Shown here: positions 34,585-46,851 of the stretch, piece after piece | Layout: each line of letters starts with the position of its first letter | How positions within the stretch are numbered: position 1 is the first letter of the stretch | Assembly (NCBI GenBank): GCA_039587315.1 | Contig: JBDHIS010000021.1 | Span: forward strand, 1,972 to 65,971 | Direction: 5' to 3' | DNA from: Gemmatimonadota bacterium | Lineage (GTDB): Bacteria > Gemmatimonadota > Gemmatimonadetes > Gemmatimonadales > GWC2-71-9 | Length of the DNA stretch: 64,000 nt | Position numbers and translations under genes: made by a program | The notes under the pieces: generated by a model | The model's database searches: none | What the model was told of the DNA's origin: nothing | Seen by the model: the letters and a program-made list of their open reading frames with translations, nothing else

Positions 34585-35373
34585 CCGCCTGTTGGCCGTT
34601 CTGGGCGACCCCGTCCGGCACTCGCTCTCCCCCCTCATGCACAACGCTGCGATCGCGGCACTCGGTCTCGACGCCGTGTACGTCGCGCTTCAGGTCGATC
34701 CGGCGGACCTACCGGTTGTGTTCGGCGCGCTCGAGGCGATGGGGATAGCCGGCAACGTGACGGTACCCCACAAGGTGGCCGCGGCCGGAGTGCTCCAGCG
34801 CCTGAGCCCCATAGCCAACGAGCTACAGGCCGTGAACACGTTCTGGGCCGAGGATGGGGCTCTGGTAGGCGACAACACCGACGTACCGGGTCTGCAGGAA
34901 GTGCTGCAGGATCTAGAGGCCGAGGGCCCGTGGCTGGTAGCGGGTACGGGGGGTGCAGCCCGGGCCGTTGCTGCAGCCGCCCGAGAGCGGCGTCAGACCC
35001 TGCTTGTGAGCTCCCGCACGAGTGACGGCGAAGTCGCGTTCATCGAGTGGGCACGCTCGGCGGGTGTTCGCGCCGAGAGCGACGACGGCAGGCGGGTAGG
35101 CCTGGCGGTGAACACGACCCCATTGGGCCTCTCACCCGACGATTCGCGACCGTTCGCCGCAGCCCGCCTCGAGAAGGGGACCGTCGCGCTCGACCTCGTG
35201 TATGCACCCGGCGCGACCGAGTGGGTTCGCGCGTGCCGCATGCGCGGCCTCAGGGCCGAGGACGGACGGCGGCTGCTGGTGGCACAGGGCGCGATCGCCT
35301 TCGAGCGCTTCTTCCCCGGGGCGAACGCCCCGAGGGAAGTGATGCTGGCGGCGGTAGAGCGCGCACTCGCCGC

Positions 35374-35377
<4 letters not shown>
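34562..35377 (+). CDS. aroE: shikimate dehydrogenase
   Basis: LGDPVRHSLSPLMHNAA...NVTVPHK...VNTF...GDNTD. Confidence 0.85.
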
Positions 35378-37195
<1,818 letters not shown>

Positions 37196-37196
<1 letters not shown>

Positions 37197-38386
37197 TGAA
37201 GCGCACCCTCGAGTCGCTCGAGGGACAGCCCTTCGAGGGCGAACGGGCATGGGTGCGGGTGGATTTCAACGTTCCGCTGCGCGATGGCAGCGTGGCGGAC
37301 GCGACGCGCATTCTCGCCTCGCTCCCGACCGTCCGCTGGCTCAAGGACCGTGGCTGCCGGGTGGTCCTGGCCTCGCATCTGGGACGCCCCAAGGGAGAGC
37401 GGAAGCCCGAGTACTCGCTGCGACCAATACTGCCGGTGCTGGAGCGAGAGCTGGGCGCGCCCGTGCGGTTCCTCGAAGACCCCGTGTCGGAGGCGGCGCC
37501 GCAGGAGACCCGGCGCCTGAAGCGCGGCGAGGTGTTGCTGCTGGAGAACACGCGGTACCACCCCGGTGAGGAACAGAACGACCCAGCCCTCGCAGAGGCG
37601 TTTGCCGAACTCGGCGACTTCTACGTGAACGACGCTTTCGGGTCGGCACATCGGGCGCACGCCTCGACGGAGGGCATCGCCCACCTCCTCAAGCCCGCGG
37701 TTGCGGGCTTCCTGATGGCCAAGGAGCTGGAGTTTCTGCTGGGTGCGCTGTCGCAGCCGGCCCGGCCCTTCGTGGCGGTGCTGGGTGGGGCCAAGATCTC
37801 CGGCAAGATAGACGTGATCGAAGCGCTGCTCCCTCAGGTGGACGCCATCCTCATCGGTGGAGCCATGGCGTGCACCTTCTTCGCCGCCCAGGGCCTCGAA
37901 ACCGGCAAGTCGTTGGTCGAGCCCGACCGAATCGAAATGGCCAAGGAGCTGCTCGAGCGAGGCGGCGACAAGTTGGTGTTGCCGCGCGGTGTCACGGTGG
38001 CGCGCGAGCTCTCGCCGGAGGCTGAGGTCAGGAGCGTCCGCCCAGACGAGATCGGCTCTGAGTGGGCCGTGTACGACATCGACGAGAACGCGTCCGACGA
38101 GTTCATCAAACGGATACACAACGCCAAGACGGTGGTCTGGAACGGTCCGATGGGCGTGTTCGAGACGCGGCCGTTCGATGCCGGCACCGTGGCGGTGGCG
38201 CGGGGCCTCGCAGCCGCTACGGAGGATGGAGCTACGACGATAGTCGGGGGAGGCGACTCGGCGGCGGCAATCGCGGCCGCCGGCCTCGCAAACATGGTAT
38301 CACACGTATCGACAGGGGGCGGGGCTTCGCTCGAGCTGCTGGAAGGAAAGCTGCTGCCGGGAGTGGCCGCGCTGGACGACGCATGA
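37196..38386 (+). CDS. pgk: phosphoglycerate kinase
   Basis: VRVDFNVPL, ASHLGRPKG, GGAKISGKI and VSTGGGASLELLEGK. Confidence 0.92.
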
Positions 38387-39135
38387 GACCGTTGATCTTC
38401 GCCGCGAACTGGAAGATGCACATCGGGCCGGAAGCGGCCCGCCGGTTCCTTCACACCTTCCTCGAGCGCCACGAAGCACTTCCCGACCGTGAGACGTGGT
38501 TCTTCCCGTCTGCCGTCGCCCTCGAGACCGTAGCCCGCCTGACGGGCGACCGGCGCGACATACGCACGGGAGCACAAAACGTCTACTGGGAGCCCAAGGG
38601 GGCGTTCACCGGCGAGCTGTCGGTCGAGATGGCACGGGACGCCGGCGCCCAGGCTGGCCTCGTGGGACACTCGGAGCGGCGCCACGTATTCGGCGAGACC
38701 GACCCGGAGACCGGCAACAAGGTGCGCGCTCTGTTGGGGAGCGACCTGACGCCGATGCTGTGCGTCGGAGAGAAGTGGGAACAGCGTGACGCGGGCGAGA
38801 CATTGAGCGTCGTCCGGCGCCAGCTGAGCGCCCTCGACGGTCTCGCACCGGACGCCCTGGCCCAGATAGTCGTAGCCTATGAGCCCGTATGGGCCATCGG
38901 CACCGGCAAGACGGCCACACCGCAGGACGCGGCCGAGGTACACGCGGCCATCCGGGCCTGGTTCACGGAGCGCGGTGTTACACCCGAGACGACACGTGTC
39001 CTCTACGGTGGGAGCGTGAAGCCGGACAACATCCACGCTCTAATCTCGGAGCCCGAGATAGACGGAGTCTTGGTCGGTGGCGCCTCGCTCGACCCGGCGA
39101 GTTGGTCGGACATAGTGGGTGTGACCCTCGATTGA
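38383..39135 (+). CDS. tpiA: triose-phosphate isomerase
   Basis: AANWKMH, VGHSERR, AYEPVWAIGTG and YGGSVKP. Confidence 0.9.
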   Translation: MRPLIFAANWKMHIGPEAARRFLHTFLERHEALPDRETWFFPSAVALETVARLTGDRRDIRTGAQNVYWEPKGAFTGELSVEMARDAGAQAGLVGHSERRHVFGETDPETGNKVRALLGSDLTPMLCVGEKWEQRDAGETLSVVRRQLSALDGLAPDALAQIVVAYEPVWAIGTGKTATPQDAAEVHAAIRAWFTERGVTPETTRVLYGGSVKPDNIHALISEPEIDGVLVGGASLDPASWSDIVGVTLD

Positions 39136-39172
39136 CTTGGCGCCGAGGGACCAGGTATCTTCCGCCGCGACA

Positions 39173-39529
39173 ATGTATAGCCTCTTGCTCATAATCCTGA
39201 TTCTGGACGCCTTCGTCCTGGTGGCAGCGGTGCTGCTTCAGGCCGGTACTGGGGGCGGACTCGCCGCAATGGGCGGGGGTGCCTCCACCGACACCTTCAT
39301 GGGCGGGCGCCAGGCCGCGACCATCCTGACCAGGGGCACCTGGTGGCTCGGCGGGATCTTCCTGGGGCTCGCGCTGGTGCTGGCCGGCATGAGCACCCGC
39401 ACGGCAGTGCCCCGGTCCGTGCTCGACACGCAGCAGCAGATGGCCCCGGCGCCGATTGCGCCGCCGCCGCAGCTCCCGCTGGATGTCGAGCCTCAGAGCC
39501 AGCAGGCGCCAGCCCAGGATCCGAACTAG
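39173..39529 (+). CDS. secG: preprotein translocase subunit SecG
   Basis: MYSLLLIILILDAFVLVAAVLLQAGTGGGLAAMGGG is the typical SecG N-terminus. It sits in the conserved position after tpiA. Confidence 0.8.
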   Translation: MYSLLLIILILDAFVLVAAVLLQAGTGGGLAAMGGGASTDTFMGGRQAATILTRGTWWLGGIFLGLALVLAGMSTRTAVPRSVLDTQQQMAPAPIAPPPQLPLDVEPQSQQAPAQDPN

Positions 39530-39532
39530 CGC

Positions 39533-40636
39533 GTGACTGTGACGGTCCCCGCCTACGTCCTGTTGGAAGACGGCGCGTGGTTCCCCGGAACCGCGCGCCG
39601 TTCGTTTTCGCCGACGCCCGGCGAAGTGGTGTTCACCACGAACCTCACCGGTTACCAGGAGGTCTTCACCGACCCCTCATATCTGGGGCAGATCGTTGTG
39701 ATGACTGCGCCGATGATAGGCAACTACGGGATAAACGAGGAGGACCTCGAGTCCGGGAAGCCTCAGGTGACGGGCGTCGTGGTGCGCGAACTGGCCAGGG
39801 AGCACTCCAGCTGGCGCGCCACAGGGGGGCTGGACGAGTGGCTGGCGGGGCGGGGAATACCGATCCTGGAGGGAGTGGACACGCGTAAGCTGACCCGCCA
39901 CATCCGCTCCGTGGGTGCCATGCGCGGTATCGTGGCCGAAGGGGAAGCACCGTCCGACGAGGTGCGCGCCGCGCTGGACGCCAGTCCGCGAATGGAAGGC
40001 CTCGACCTCGCGTCGCGCGCGACCGTACCGGCCGAGCACGCTGAGGGAGACCCTGACGCCGCGCGGCACGTGGTGGCATATGATTTCGGCATGAAGCGCA
40101 ACATCGTGCGGATTCTGACCTCGCTCGGTTGCCGCGTCACGGTGGTGCCGTCCACGACCTCCGCGGCCCGCGTGCGCGAACTGGAACCCGATGGCCTGTT
40201 CCTCTCCAACGGGCCCGGCGACCCGGCGGCGGTCGAATACGTACTCCCCGAGATCCGCCAGTTGATGGAATCGGGCCTTCCGACCTTCGGGATCTGCCTG
40301 GGGCACCAGCTCATCGCCAGGGCTTTCGGAGGGCTCACCGGCAAGCTCCCCTACGGCCATCGGGGGGGCAATCACCCGGTCCGCGACCTGGATTCGGGGC
40401 GGGTTCTGATTACCAGCCAGAATCACGGATTTGCAGTAACGGGAACGAGTAAGGCCGTCTCAGGTACGAACGCACTTGAGGTGACACACCGTAACCTCAA
40501 TGACGACACGGTAGAAGGGCTCAGGCACCTTGAGCTGCCCATTAGTGCCGTACAGTACCATCCGGAGGCCTCCCCGGGCCCCCACGATGCCATGGGGCAC
40601 TTTAGCAGATTCGTCCAACCCCTTGACAGTCAATAG
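39533..40636 (+). CDS. carA: carbamoyl-phosphate synthase small (glutaminase) subunit
   Basis: [17 protein letters not shown]-like motif, catalytic GICLGHQL and the HGFAV...[12 protein letters not shown] triad region. Confidence 0.9.
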   Translation: MTVTVPAYVLLEDGAWFPGTARRSFSPTPGEVVFTTNLTGYQEVFTDPSYLGQIVVMTAPMIGNYGINEEDLESGKPQVTGVVVRELAREHSSWRATGGLDEWLAGRGIPILEGVDTRKLTRHIRSVGAMRGIVAEGEAPSDEVRAALDASPRMEGLDLASRATVPAEHAEGDPDAARHVVAYDFGMKRNIVRILTSLGCRVTVVPSTTSAARVRELEPDGLFLSNGPGDPAAVEYVLPEIRQLMESGLPTFGICLGHQLIARAFGGLTGKLPYGHRGGNHPVRDLDSGRVLITSQNHGFAVTGTSKAVSGTNALEVTHRNLNDDTVEGLRHLELPISAVQYHPEASPGPHDAMGHFSRFVQPLDSQ

Positions 40637-40651
40637 GTAAGCCCCTATTTA
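40623..40651 (+). promoter_or_regulatory. sigma70-like promoter for the IHF/HU gene
   Basis: TTGACA-N17-TATTTA, overlapping the carA 3' end. Confidence 0.5.
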
Positions 40652-40719
40652 TTGCGCCCCAAGTGCGCACTTGAGGAGTGCCACACTTGGCCGTCCCGGG
40701 CCAAAGTAAGTGAGGACCA

Positions 40720-41055
40720 ATGACCAAGGCGGATCTCGTCGAGAAAGTCACGGCTGCCATAGCCCGTACGGCAGGTCCGATGATCTCGAAGAAGGACTGC
40801 GCAAGGGTCGTTGACGCGTTCCTTGATGCCATCAAGGACTCGTTGTCGGACCAGAGCAATATCGAGATCCGGGGCTTCGGCACCTTCAAGATCCGAATGC
40901 GGAAGACCCGGATGGCCAGAAACCCGCGTACCGGGGACCCCGTCGAAGTGGCGGCGAGGCCGGTACCCGTGTTCAAGCCGTCCAAGGAGCTGAGGAGCAT
41001 GGTGGCGCAGAAGGCGGAAGAGGGCGCCCCCGCCCACCAGCCGCAGTCTCCCTAG
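40720..41055 (+). CDS. HU/IHF-family DNA-binding protein
   Basis: MTKADLVEKV...IEIRGFGTFKIRMRKTRMARNPRTGDPVEVAARPVPVFKPSKELR is the canonical HU/IHF arm. Confidence 0.85.
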   Translation: MTKADLVEKVTAAIARTAGPMISKKDCARVVDAFLDAIKDSLSDQSNIEIRGFGTFKIRMRKTRMARNPRTGDPVEVAARPVPVFKPSKELRSMVAQKAEEGAPAHQPQSP

Positions 41056-41078
41056 TCCCACCCCAACAACGACATAGC

Positions 41079-41114
41079 AGCGGGGCGGTTGCCCGAAGAG
41101 GCGGCCGCCCCGCT
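41079..41114 (+). terminator. hairpin terminator
   Basis: AGCGGGGCGG-(16 nt)-CCGCCCCGCT followed by TT. Confidence 0.5.
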
Positions 41115-41139
41115 TTCACCTCCCGGTTCCCGGCGCTCC

Positions 41140-43758
41140 CTAGTGCCGGTCCCGAAACTCCTCCCACAGCCTGGTGTGCTTGCTCTCCAGCGAGACCTCC
41201 TCGCCGGCGATGAACGCACGCTCGACCTGGGTGACTATCTGAAGTGGGTCGCCGGTCGTCACGATCAGGTCCGCGCGCTTGCCCACCTCGATGCTCCCCA
41301 ACTCGTCACCCAACCCCAGGATCTCGGCCGGAGTGAGCGTGACGCCGCGCAGGGCCACGTCCATGGGAAGCCCAAACGCCGCGGAGCGGGCCGCATGATA
41401 TGGCAGGTTGCGGGCCTGACCCACGTTGTTGGTGCCGAATGCCACCTTCACGCCGGCCGCGTGCAGGATCGCGGCATTCTCCCACGCGGCTGACACGGGA
41501 TCCTCGCGATCCAGGGTGAGCGCGATGCCCGAGCCCACGATCACCGGTATTCCCCGCTCGGCCAGTTCGTCGGCCAGACGAAACGCCTGGTCGCCGTGCA
41601 CCAGCACCGCCCGCACATTCGGGAATTCGTCCAGGAACAATAGCAGAGACCGTATATCCCGCTCCCTGGCGGCCCGGAAGAACACCGGCACGACGCCGGT
41701 AACGGCGGGTACCATTGCTTCCAGGACGAGGGCGTCTCGATTCGTCACGTTCGGCTCGAACGGAGCCGTGGGGTCGTCGTTCGTGCTGGGGCTTTGAGCG
41801 TACAGCGTGGCGCGCCGGAACAGCGCCACCAGCTCCTCCAGCTGCTCTCCCTCGAGCGACGGATCATCCCACCGTTCGCCTTCCGGGCTGGGGAAGTTGA
41901 CCACGAGGGCGGCACTGTCCTTGAGCGCCATGCGCTCAGGGGTGTCGCCCGTGAGCTGGATGACCGTCCCAAGCCCCTGTACGGTGCCCGCTGAAGTCAC
42001 GCTCATCGCAGTGGTGATGCCGTTGGCGCGAGCTACTGGAATCGCTGCGGCGTGAGGGTGGATCCCGGTGAGGGCGCGAATGTGCGGGTTGTAGCGACCC
42101 ACCTCAGCGTCGTCCCGGCTGGCCGGTACGGCACCGATCTCCACCATGCCCAACTGGTTGATTGGCTCGACCAGACCGGGGTATACGTGCTTTCCGGCGA
42201 GGCTCACGACCTCGGCACCCGCCGGGATCTGGACCTCGGAGGACCGACCGACAGCCGCGATGCGCCCTCCCGCGACGAGGACCGTGCCGTCCGGGATCGC
42301 CGGGCCCGACACGGGGTGGACCGTGGCACCCACGAGGGCCGTCACGGGGCCCTGAAGGCCGGCGGGGTCGATGGCTGCCGCCGGGGCGTTGCTCACGGCG
42401 TCAGTCGGGGCTGCCGCCGCCGTCTCACCCACGACGCGCTCGATCGTGCGCATCGGCTCGCCCCTCAACTCCGCCTCGCGACGCCAGTCGTAGTACACGA
42501 TTCCGTCCACGATCGTCTTCTCGACCCTCGAGTAGACATCGAAAGGATCGCCGGACAGGAGGGCCAGGTCGCCGTGCTTGCCGACCTCGATCGTCCCGAC
42601 CTTGTCATCGATGCGCAGCAGCTCGGCCGGGTACCGCGTGAGCATGCGGAGCGCCTCCTCGCGCGGCACACCGCCGTACTTCACGGGCTTGTTGAACTCG
42701 TACACGAAGAACGACTGGAGCAGCTGGCTGTCGGAGTTCAAGCTGGTCTTCACCCCGTGCCGAAGCATGATGGCCGGGTTGTAGGGGATCGCGTCGTAGG
42801 CCTCGAGCTTGTACATCCACCAGTCCGAGAAAGTGGACCCACCCGCTCCGTGCGCAGCCATCTCGTCGGCTACCTTGTAGCCCTCCAGCACGTGCGTGAA
42901 CGCGTTGATCCTGAATCCGAACCGCTCGGCCACACGCATCAGCATCAGGATCTCGTCACTACGGTACGAGTGCGCGTGGACCAGGATCCGGCCCTCCATG
43001 ATTTCGACGAGGGCCTCCAGCCTCAGGTCGCGGCGGGGCGGCGTACGGTAGTCGCCTCGATTATTGCGGTAATCCTCCCACGCACGCCGGTACTCCTCGG
43101 CGGCGGTAAACGCCTGGACGTAGACGGCCTCTACACCTTGCCGTGAGAGCGGGAAGCGCCTCAGTCCGTCGTTCTCCCACGCCTTGCGGGTCACGTTCTC
43201 CCCGAGCGCGAACTTGACCGTCTGAGGCGCGCCCTGCAGCAGGAGTCCCTGCTCGTCATCCGTGCCCCAGCGAGTCTTGATGATCGCGCTCTGCGCGCCG
43301 ATGGGGTTGCAGCTTCCGTGGAACAGCTGCGCCACCGTCACGCCGCCCGAGAGGGCGCGGTAGATGGAGTAGCTGCCTGCATCCAGCACGTCCGCGACCT
43401 TGAGCTCGGGCACCACCGGGGCGGTGCACTCGTTCACGTTGCGCATCGCGATGTGTGAGTGCTCGTCTACGATTCCGGGAATGGCGGTGAGTCCGGAGCC
43501 GTCGACCACCGTCACACCCGAAGGGGGCGTCAGGTCGCTCCCGATGCGGCGGATGATCCCGTCCCGGATCAGAATCGACACCCCGTGATACACGGTGTCG
43601 TCCGCCGTCCAAACTGCGTCCAGATTGCTCACGAACAGATCGCCGCGCGGCACGTCCACCGCGCCTTCCTCGATCTGCACCTTCCACTGGGCCGTAGAGC
43701 TGCCGGGCAGGCTCGCCAGCAGCAGCCCCAACGCCAACGTCGTACGAATGGCTCTCAT
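41140..43758 (-). CDS. secreted tandem amidohydrolase-fold protein
   Basis: Signal MRAIRTTLALGLLLASLPGSSTAQ. The N-terminal half has the metal motif GIVDEHSHI. The C-terminal half has GLVEPINQLGM in the equivalent place, with no HxH. Confidence 0.8.
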   Translation of the reverse strand: MRAIRTTLALGLLLASLPGSSTAQWKVQIEEGAVDVPRGDLFVSNLDAVWTADDTVYHGVSILIRDGIIRRIGSDLTPPSGVTVVDGSGLTAIPGIVDEHSHIAMRNVNECTAPVVPELKVADVLDAGSYSIYRALSGGVTVAQLFHGSCNPIGAQSAIIKTRWGTDDEQGLLLQGAPQTVKFALGENVTRKAWENDGLRRFPLSRQGVEAVYVQAFTAAEEYRRAWEDYRNNRGDYRTPPRRDLRLEALVEIMEGRILVHAHSYRSDEILMLMRVAERFGFRINAFTHVLEGYKVADEMAAHGAGGSTFSDWWMYKLEAYDAIPYNPAIMLRHGVKTSLNSDSQLLQSFFVYEFNKPVKYGGVPREEALRMLTRYPAELLRIDDKVGTIEVGKHGDLALLSGDPFDVYSRVEKTIVDGIVYYDWRREAELRGEPMRTIERVVGETAAAAPTDAVSNAPAAAIDPAGLQGPVTALVGATVHPVSGPAIPDGTVLVAGGRIAAVGRSSEVQIPAGAEVVSLAGKHVYPGLVEPINQLGMVEIGAVPASRDDAEVGRYNPHIRALTGIHPHAAAIPVARANGITTAMSVTSAGTVQGLGTVIQLTGDTPERMALKDSAALVVNFPSPEGERWDDPSLEGEQLEELVALFRRATLYAQSPSTNDDPTAPFEPNVTNRDALVLEAMVPAVTGVVPVFFRAARERDIRSLLLFLDEFPNVRAVLVHGDQAFRLADELAERGIPVIVGSGIALTLDREDPVSAAWENAAILHAAGVKVAFGTNNVGQARNLPYHAARSAAFGLPMDVALRGVTLTPAEILGLGDELGSIEVGKRADLIVTTGDPLQIVTQVERAFIAGEEVSLESKHTRLWEEFRDRH

Positions 43759-45425
43759 CAGAGCACCTCCTGCGGCGTGCTGCTGCGGGTTGCCTTCCAC
43801 GTGAACGGGCCCATTGCGCTCCTGCCCGACCCCTTGGCCTCTTCTCCCTCGACTGTGCCGCTCAGCTCACCCGTCACCGTCTCGCCACCGGACTGGAACA
43901 CGATCTCGCAGGTGATCTCGTTGCCCGAAACAACACCGTCACGTATCCGTACCGCGCCCATGTCGAGCGTCATGGAACCGGAGAAATCCGCACCATCCTG
44001 GGTGAGCGTCATAGTGCCGCCGAACGGCTGTCCCTCCGCATCGATCGTGATGGTCCAGGATCCCGTCACATCCACGGTGGGCTCTTCGCCGCCCGCGCGC
44101 TTGGCCTTGCCGCGCTCTAGCTCACCCTCCACGAAGGTGTACAGGACCTTGGTGTCCTCGCCGAACAGAGGACCGTCGGTCACGACGAACGTGGCCGGCA
44201 TCCGCGGCTCGACCCGCTCCAGATACTCGATGCCGAACAGGGAAGCGGGAACCGTCGTGAGGGATGCGAGCGCCTGGTCTTCGGAGAGTCCGTACTCTAT
44301 GGACTTGCGTGCCCCCGCGATGAGGTCGGCCTCACCGCCCCCGCTCGTGAGTGCGAAGGTGACGCCCGCCTGCGCCAGGCGCGCCGCATTGGCGTAGCGC
44401 TCCTCGAGGTTCTGCTTCTCCCGAGCCGCGGCCGCGTCGAGCGGCTCCTGCTGGGCCGTATCAGAGGGCTCCTTCGGCTCCCACCGATCCGGCTCGGGGA
44501 AATCCAGCGAGACCAGCACGGGGACCGCGCCCGCCCGCAACTCGTCGGCCACCTTCCAGGCCTCCGACCCTCCAACGATCACCGGTCGGAACTCGTACTC
44601 CGCGGCCATTGCCAGCACGGTCCGGATGTCCGAAGCCCGGTCGGCGTTGAAGAACACCCGCGCCTGCCCGGCCATCGCCGCGCGCAGCACTTCCCAATCC
44701 GGATCCCACGCGGGCGCCTTCATTCCGCTCGGGTCACGCTCGTGGGCTGCCAGCAGCAGGCCGTGGTGCCGAGCATCCTCGAAGCTCTGCCGGATTACCG
44801 CGGCTGCCCCGAACACTGTCGAGGGGTACATGCCTCTGGCTCCCTGGAGCGCCATCGAGGGCCCGAGCTCGGGTACAAGCACGAGGCCTGCAGGCGCAGT
44901 GGCACCGCGGCGCAGCAGCAGGACCACACCGCGCCCCGGCATGAGGGGACCGTCCGGGATGATGCCCTCCGCAACGATGCCGCTGCTTCGCTGTTTCTCG
45001 AAGTCGTCGCCCGTGTCCGTCAGGTAGTCGGCGGCCCGGCGGTGCGGAGTGAGCCCCTGCGCCTCGCGGGGCGGCGCCCAGAACGCGAGCTCGCTGCGCT
45101 CTACCTCGGCTTCCGGGAACTCGACGCTCGCCTTTCCGTGCGCGTCGATCATTCCCGAGTAGACCACCAGGGAGTCTCCCTCGAGCAGCTCCGCGTCGGG
45201 CGGGATCTGGACGTCGCTCCCGATGGCCTCGATGAAGCCGCGGCGAACCACGATGGTGACGTTCGCTCGAGCCGCGCCGTCGGCGCTCACGATCGTCACG
45301 CCCGTGAGGGCGTAGGCTGCCGGCGGTGGCGGCTCGTTGAGCTGCGCCGTCGCCTGCCGCGGCTGAAGCACGCAGAGCAGCAGGGCGCACAGCGCGGGTG
45401 CGAACAATGTCTGGACAATGCGCAT
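43758..45425 (-). CDS. secreted amidohydrolase-like protein with a degenerate metal site
   Basis: Signal MRIVQTLFAPALCALLLCVLQPRQATAQ. GMIDAHGK replaces the HxH motif. Its stop overlaps the start of the downstream amidohydrolase gene (TGATG). Confidence 0.7.
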   Translation of the reverse strand: MRIVQTLFAPALCALLLCVLQPRQATAQLNEPPPPAAYALTGVTIVSADGAARANVTIVVRRGFIEAIGSDVQIPPDAELLEGDSLVVYSGMIDAHGKASVEFPEAEVERSELAFWAPPREAQGLTPHRRAADYLTDTGDDFEKQRSSGIVAEGIIPDGPLMPGRGVVLLLRRGATAPAGLVLVPELGPSMALQGARGMYPSTVFGAAAVIRQSFEDARHHGLLLAAHERDPSGMKAPAWDPDWEVLRAAMAGQARVFFNADRASDIRTVLAMAAEYEFRPVIVGGSEAWKVADELRAGAVPVLVSLDFPEPDRWEPKEPSDTAQQEPLDAAAAREKQNLEERYANAARLAQAGVTFALTSGGGEADLIAGARKSIEYGLSEDQALASLTTVPASLFGIEYLERVEPRMPATFVVTDGPLFGEDTKVLYTFVEGELERGKAKRAGGEEPTVDVTGSWTITIDAEGQPFGGTMTLTQDGADFSGSMTLDMGAVRIRDGVVSGNEITCEIVFQSGGETVTGELSGTVEGEEAKGSGRSAMGPFTWKATRSSTPQEVL

Positions 45426-45580
45426 CGGTTCGATCCGTGGGTTGGTGCCAGGATGGATAGGGCCGGAAGTCGGCAACCTCATCGGGTGTACGACGAGTGT
45501 CAAGCGCGCCCGCCCCCCCAGGGTCTGGTCAAGGCGGAGCATTGGTAGGCGATATGTAACCTGGGTATATTTTCCGTGTT

Positions 45581-45865
45581 ATGCATTCGCGCGACGGCCG
45601 AGCGGCGGCGACCGCGACCATCACAGTCCACTGCCGGTTCTTCGCTCGGTATGCGGACGCACTCGGTCGCGACGAGATGGCACTGGAGATGCCGGATGGG
45701 GCGACGGTGGCCGATGCGGTGGGCCGGCTGCGGGACACGCTCCCGAAGGCCGACTTGCTGCCCGAGCGGCCGCTCGCGGCGGTGAACCGCGAGCACGCCG
45801 CGCCGGACACGCCGCTCGCCGACGGCGACGAGATGGCTCTACTTCCGCCGCTGGCGGGAGGGTGA
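45581..45865 (+). CDS. moaD: molybdopterin synthase sulfur-carrier subunit (MoaD/ThiS fold)
   Basis: Ends ...DGDEMALLPPLAGG with the C-terminal Gly-Gly. It is followed by moaE with a GTGA overlap. Confidence 0.8.
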   Translation: MHSRDGRAAATATITVHCRFFARYADALGRDEMALEMPDGATVADAVGRLRDTLPKADLLPERPLAAVNREHAAPDTPLADGDEMALLPPLAGG

Positions 45866-46275
45866 CGGTGGACTACCTCACGCGCGATCCGATCGACGTG
45901 GGGCGTCTGCTGGGGGTCGTGACCGATGACGGGCGCGGCGGCACCGTTGTCTTCCTCGGCTCGGTGAGGCGTGGGGCCGAGGACGGGCCGGTGGCCGCGA
46001 TCGACTACGACGCCTACGAGGAGATGGCGGGCTCCGAGTTCGATCGCATCATCGCGGAAGCGCGCGAGCGCTGGCCCGGGGCCGGGTTCGCGGCGCAACA
46101 CAGGCTCGGCGAGGTGCCGCGCGGCGAGCCGAGCATAGCGGTGGTAGCAGCGGCGGGGCACCGCGCCGAAGCATTCGAGGCCTGCCGTTGGGTGATCGAC
46201 GAGGCCAAGCACCGGCTGCCAATCTGGAAGAAGGAGCGTTTCGACGACGGCTCGGAGCGCTGGCGGGAGGAGTGA
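45862..46275 (+). CDS. moaE: molybdopterin synthase catalytic subunit
   Basis: GGTVVFLGSVR...AIDYDAYEEMA...SIAVVAAAGHRAEAFEACRWVIDEAKHRLPIWKKE. Confidence 0.85.
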   Translation: MTVDYLTRDPIDVGRLLGVVTDDGRGGTVVFLGSVRRGAEDGPVAAIDYDAYEEMAGSEFDRIIAEARERWPGAGFAAQHRLGEVPRGEPSIAVVAAAGHRAEAFEACRWVIDEAKHRLPIWKKERFDDGSERWREE

Positions 46276-46323
46276 ACGAACCGACCGTGGTCCAACGGGT
46301 GAGGGAGTGAGGAGGAGGGTGTC

Positions 46324-46851
46324 ATGGCGCTAGCGGTGTCATTAGTAGAGCCGCAAATCCCCCCCAACACGGGGAGCATAGCGCGCCTCTGTGCGGCAAC
46401 CGGGGCTTCGCTGCACCTGATCGAGCCCCTCGGCTTCTCGTTGGACGACTCACGCTACAAGCGCGGTGGGCTCGACTACTGGGACTCGGTGGACCTCTGG
46501 CTCCACCCTCACTGGCGTGCGTTCCGGCACGCCGTTTCGCCGGAGCGTTGTCTCTACTTCTCGACGCACGGCACCAACTCATACCTCGACGCGCCCTATG
46601 CACCGAATTCCGTCCTCGTCTTCGGGAACGAGACGCACGGGATGCCTGAGCGCATCCTGGAGAAGCACCCCGAGCGGACCTTTCGCATTCCCATGGATGA
46701 GGCCGTGCGGAGCCTGAACCTGGCCGCTTCCACGGGCATTGTCCTCTATGAGGCGATTCGCCAACTGGACATTGCGCTGGAGCCGGCTACGATCGCAGCC
46801 CGCGCGGACGCGCTGGAAAACACTCTGGATCAAAACGGGACGGGACGATGA
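46324..46851 (+). CDS. trmL: tRNA (cytidine/uridine-2'-O)-methyltransferase (SpoU/TrmL type)
   Basis: [32 protein letters not shown]...FGNETHGMP...RIPM...RSLNLAAS. Confidence 0.85.
   Translation: MALAVSLVEPQIPPNTGSIARLCAATGASLHLIEPLGFSLDDSRYKRGGLDYWDSVDLWLHPHWRAFRHAVSPERCLYFSTHGTNSYLDAPYAPNSVLVFGNETHGMPERILEKHPERTFRIPMDEAVRSLNLAASTGIVLYEAIRQLDIALEPATIAARADALENTLDQNGTGR

Noticed and set aside
45426-45580. Moco riboswitch upstream of moaD
   Set aside because: I could not find the conserved Moco-motif stems or loops. The region is short and ends in a promoter that abuts the start codon.
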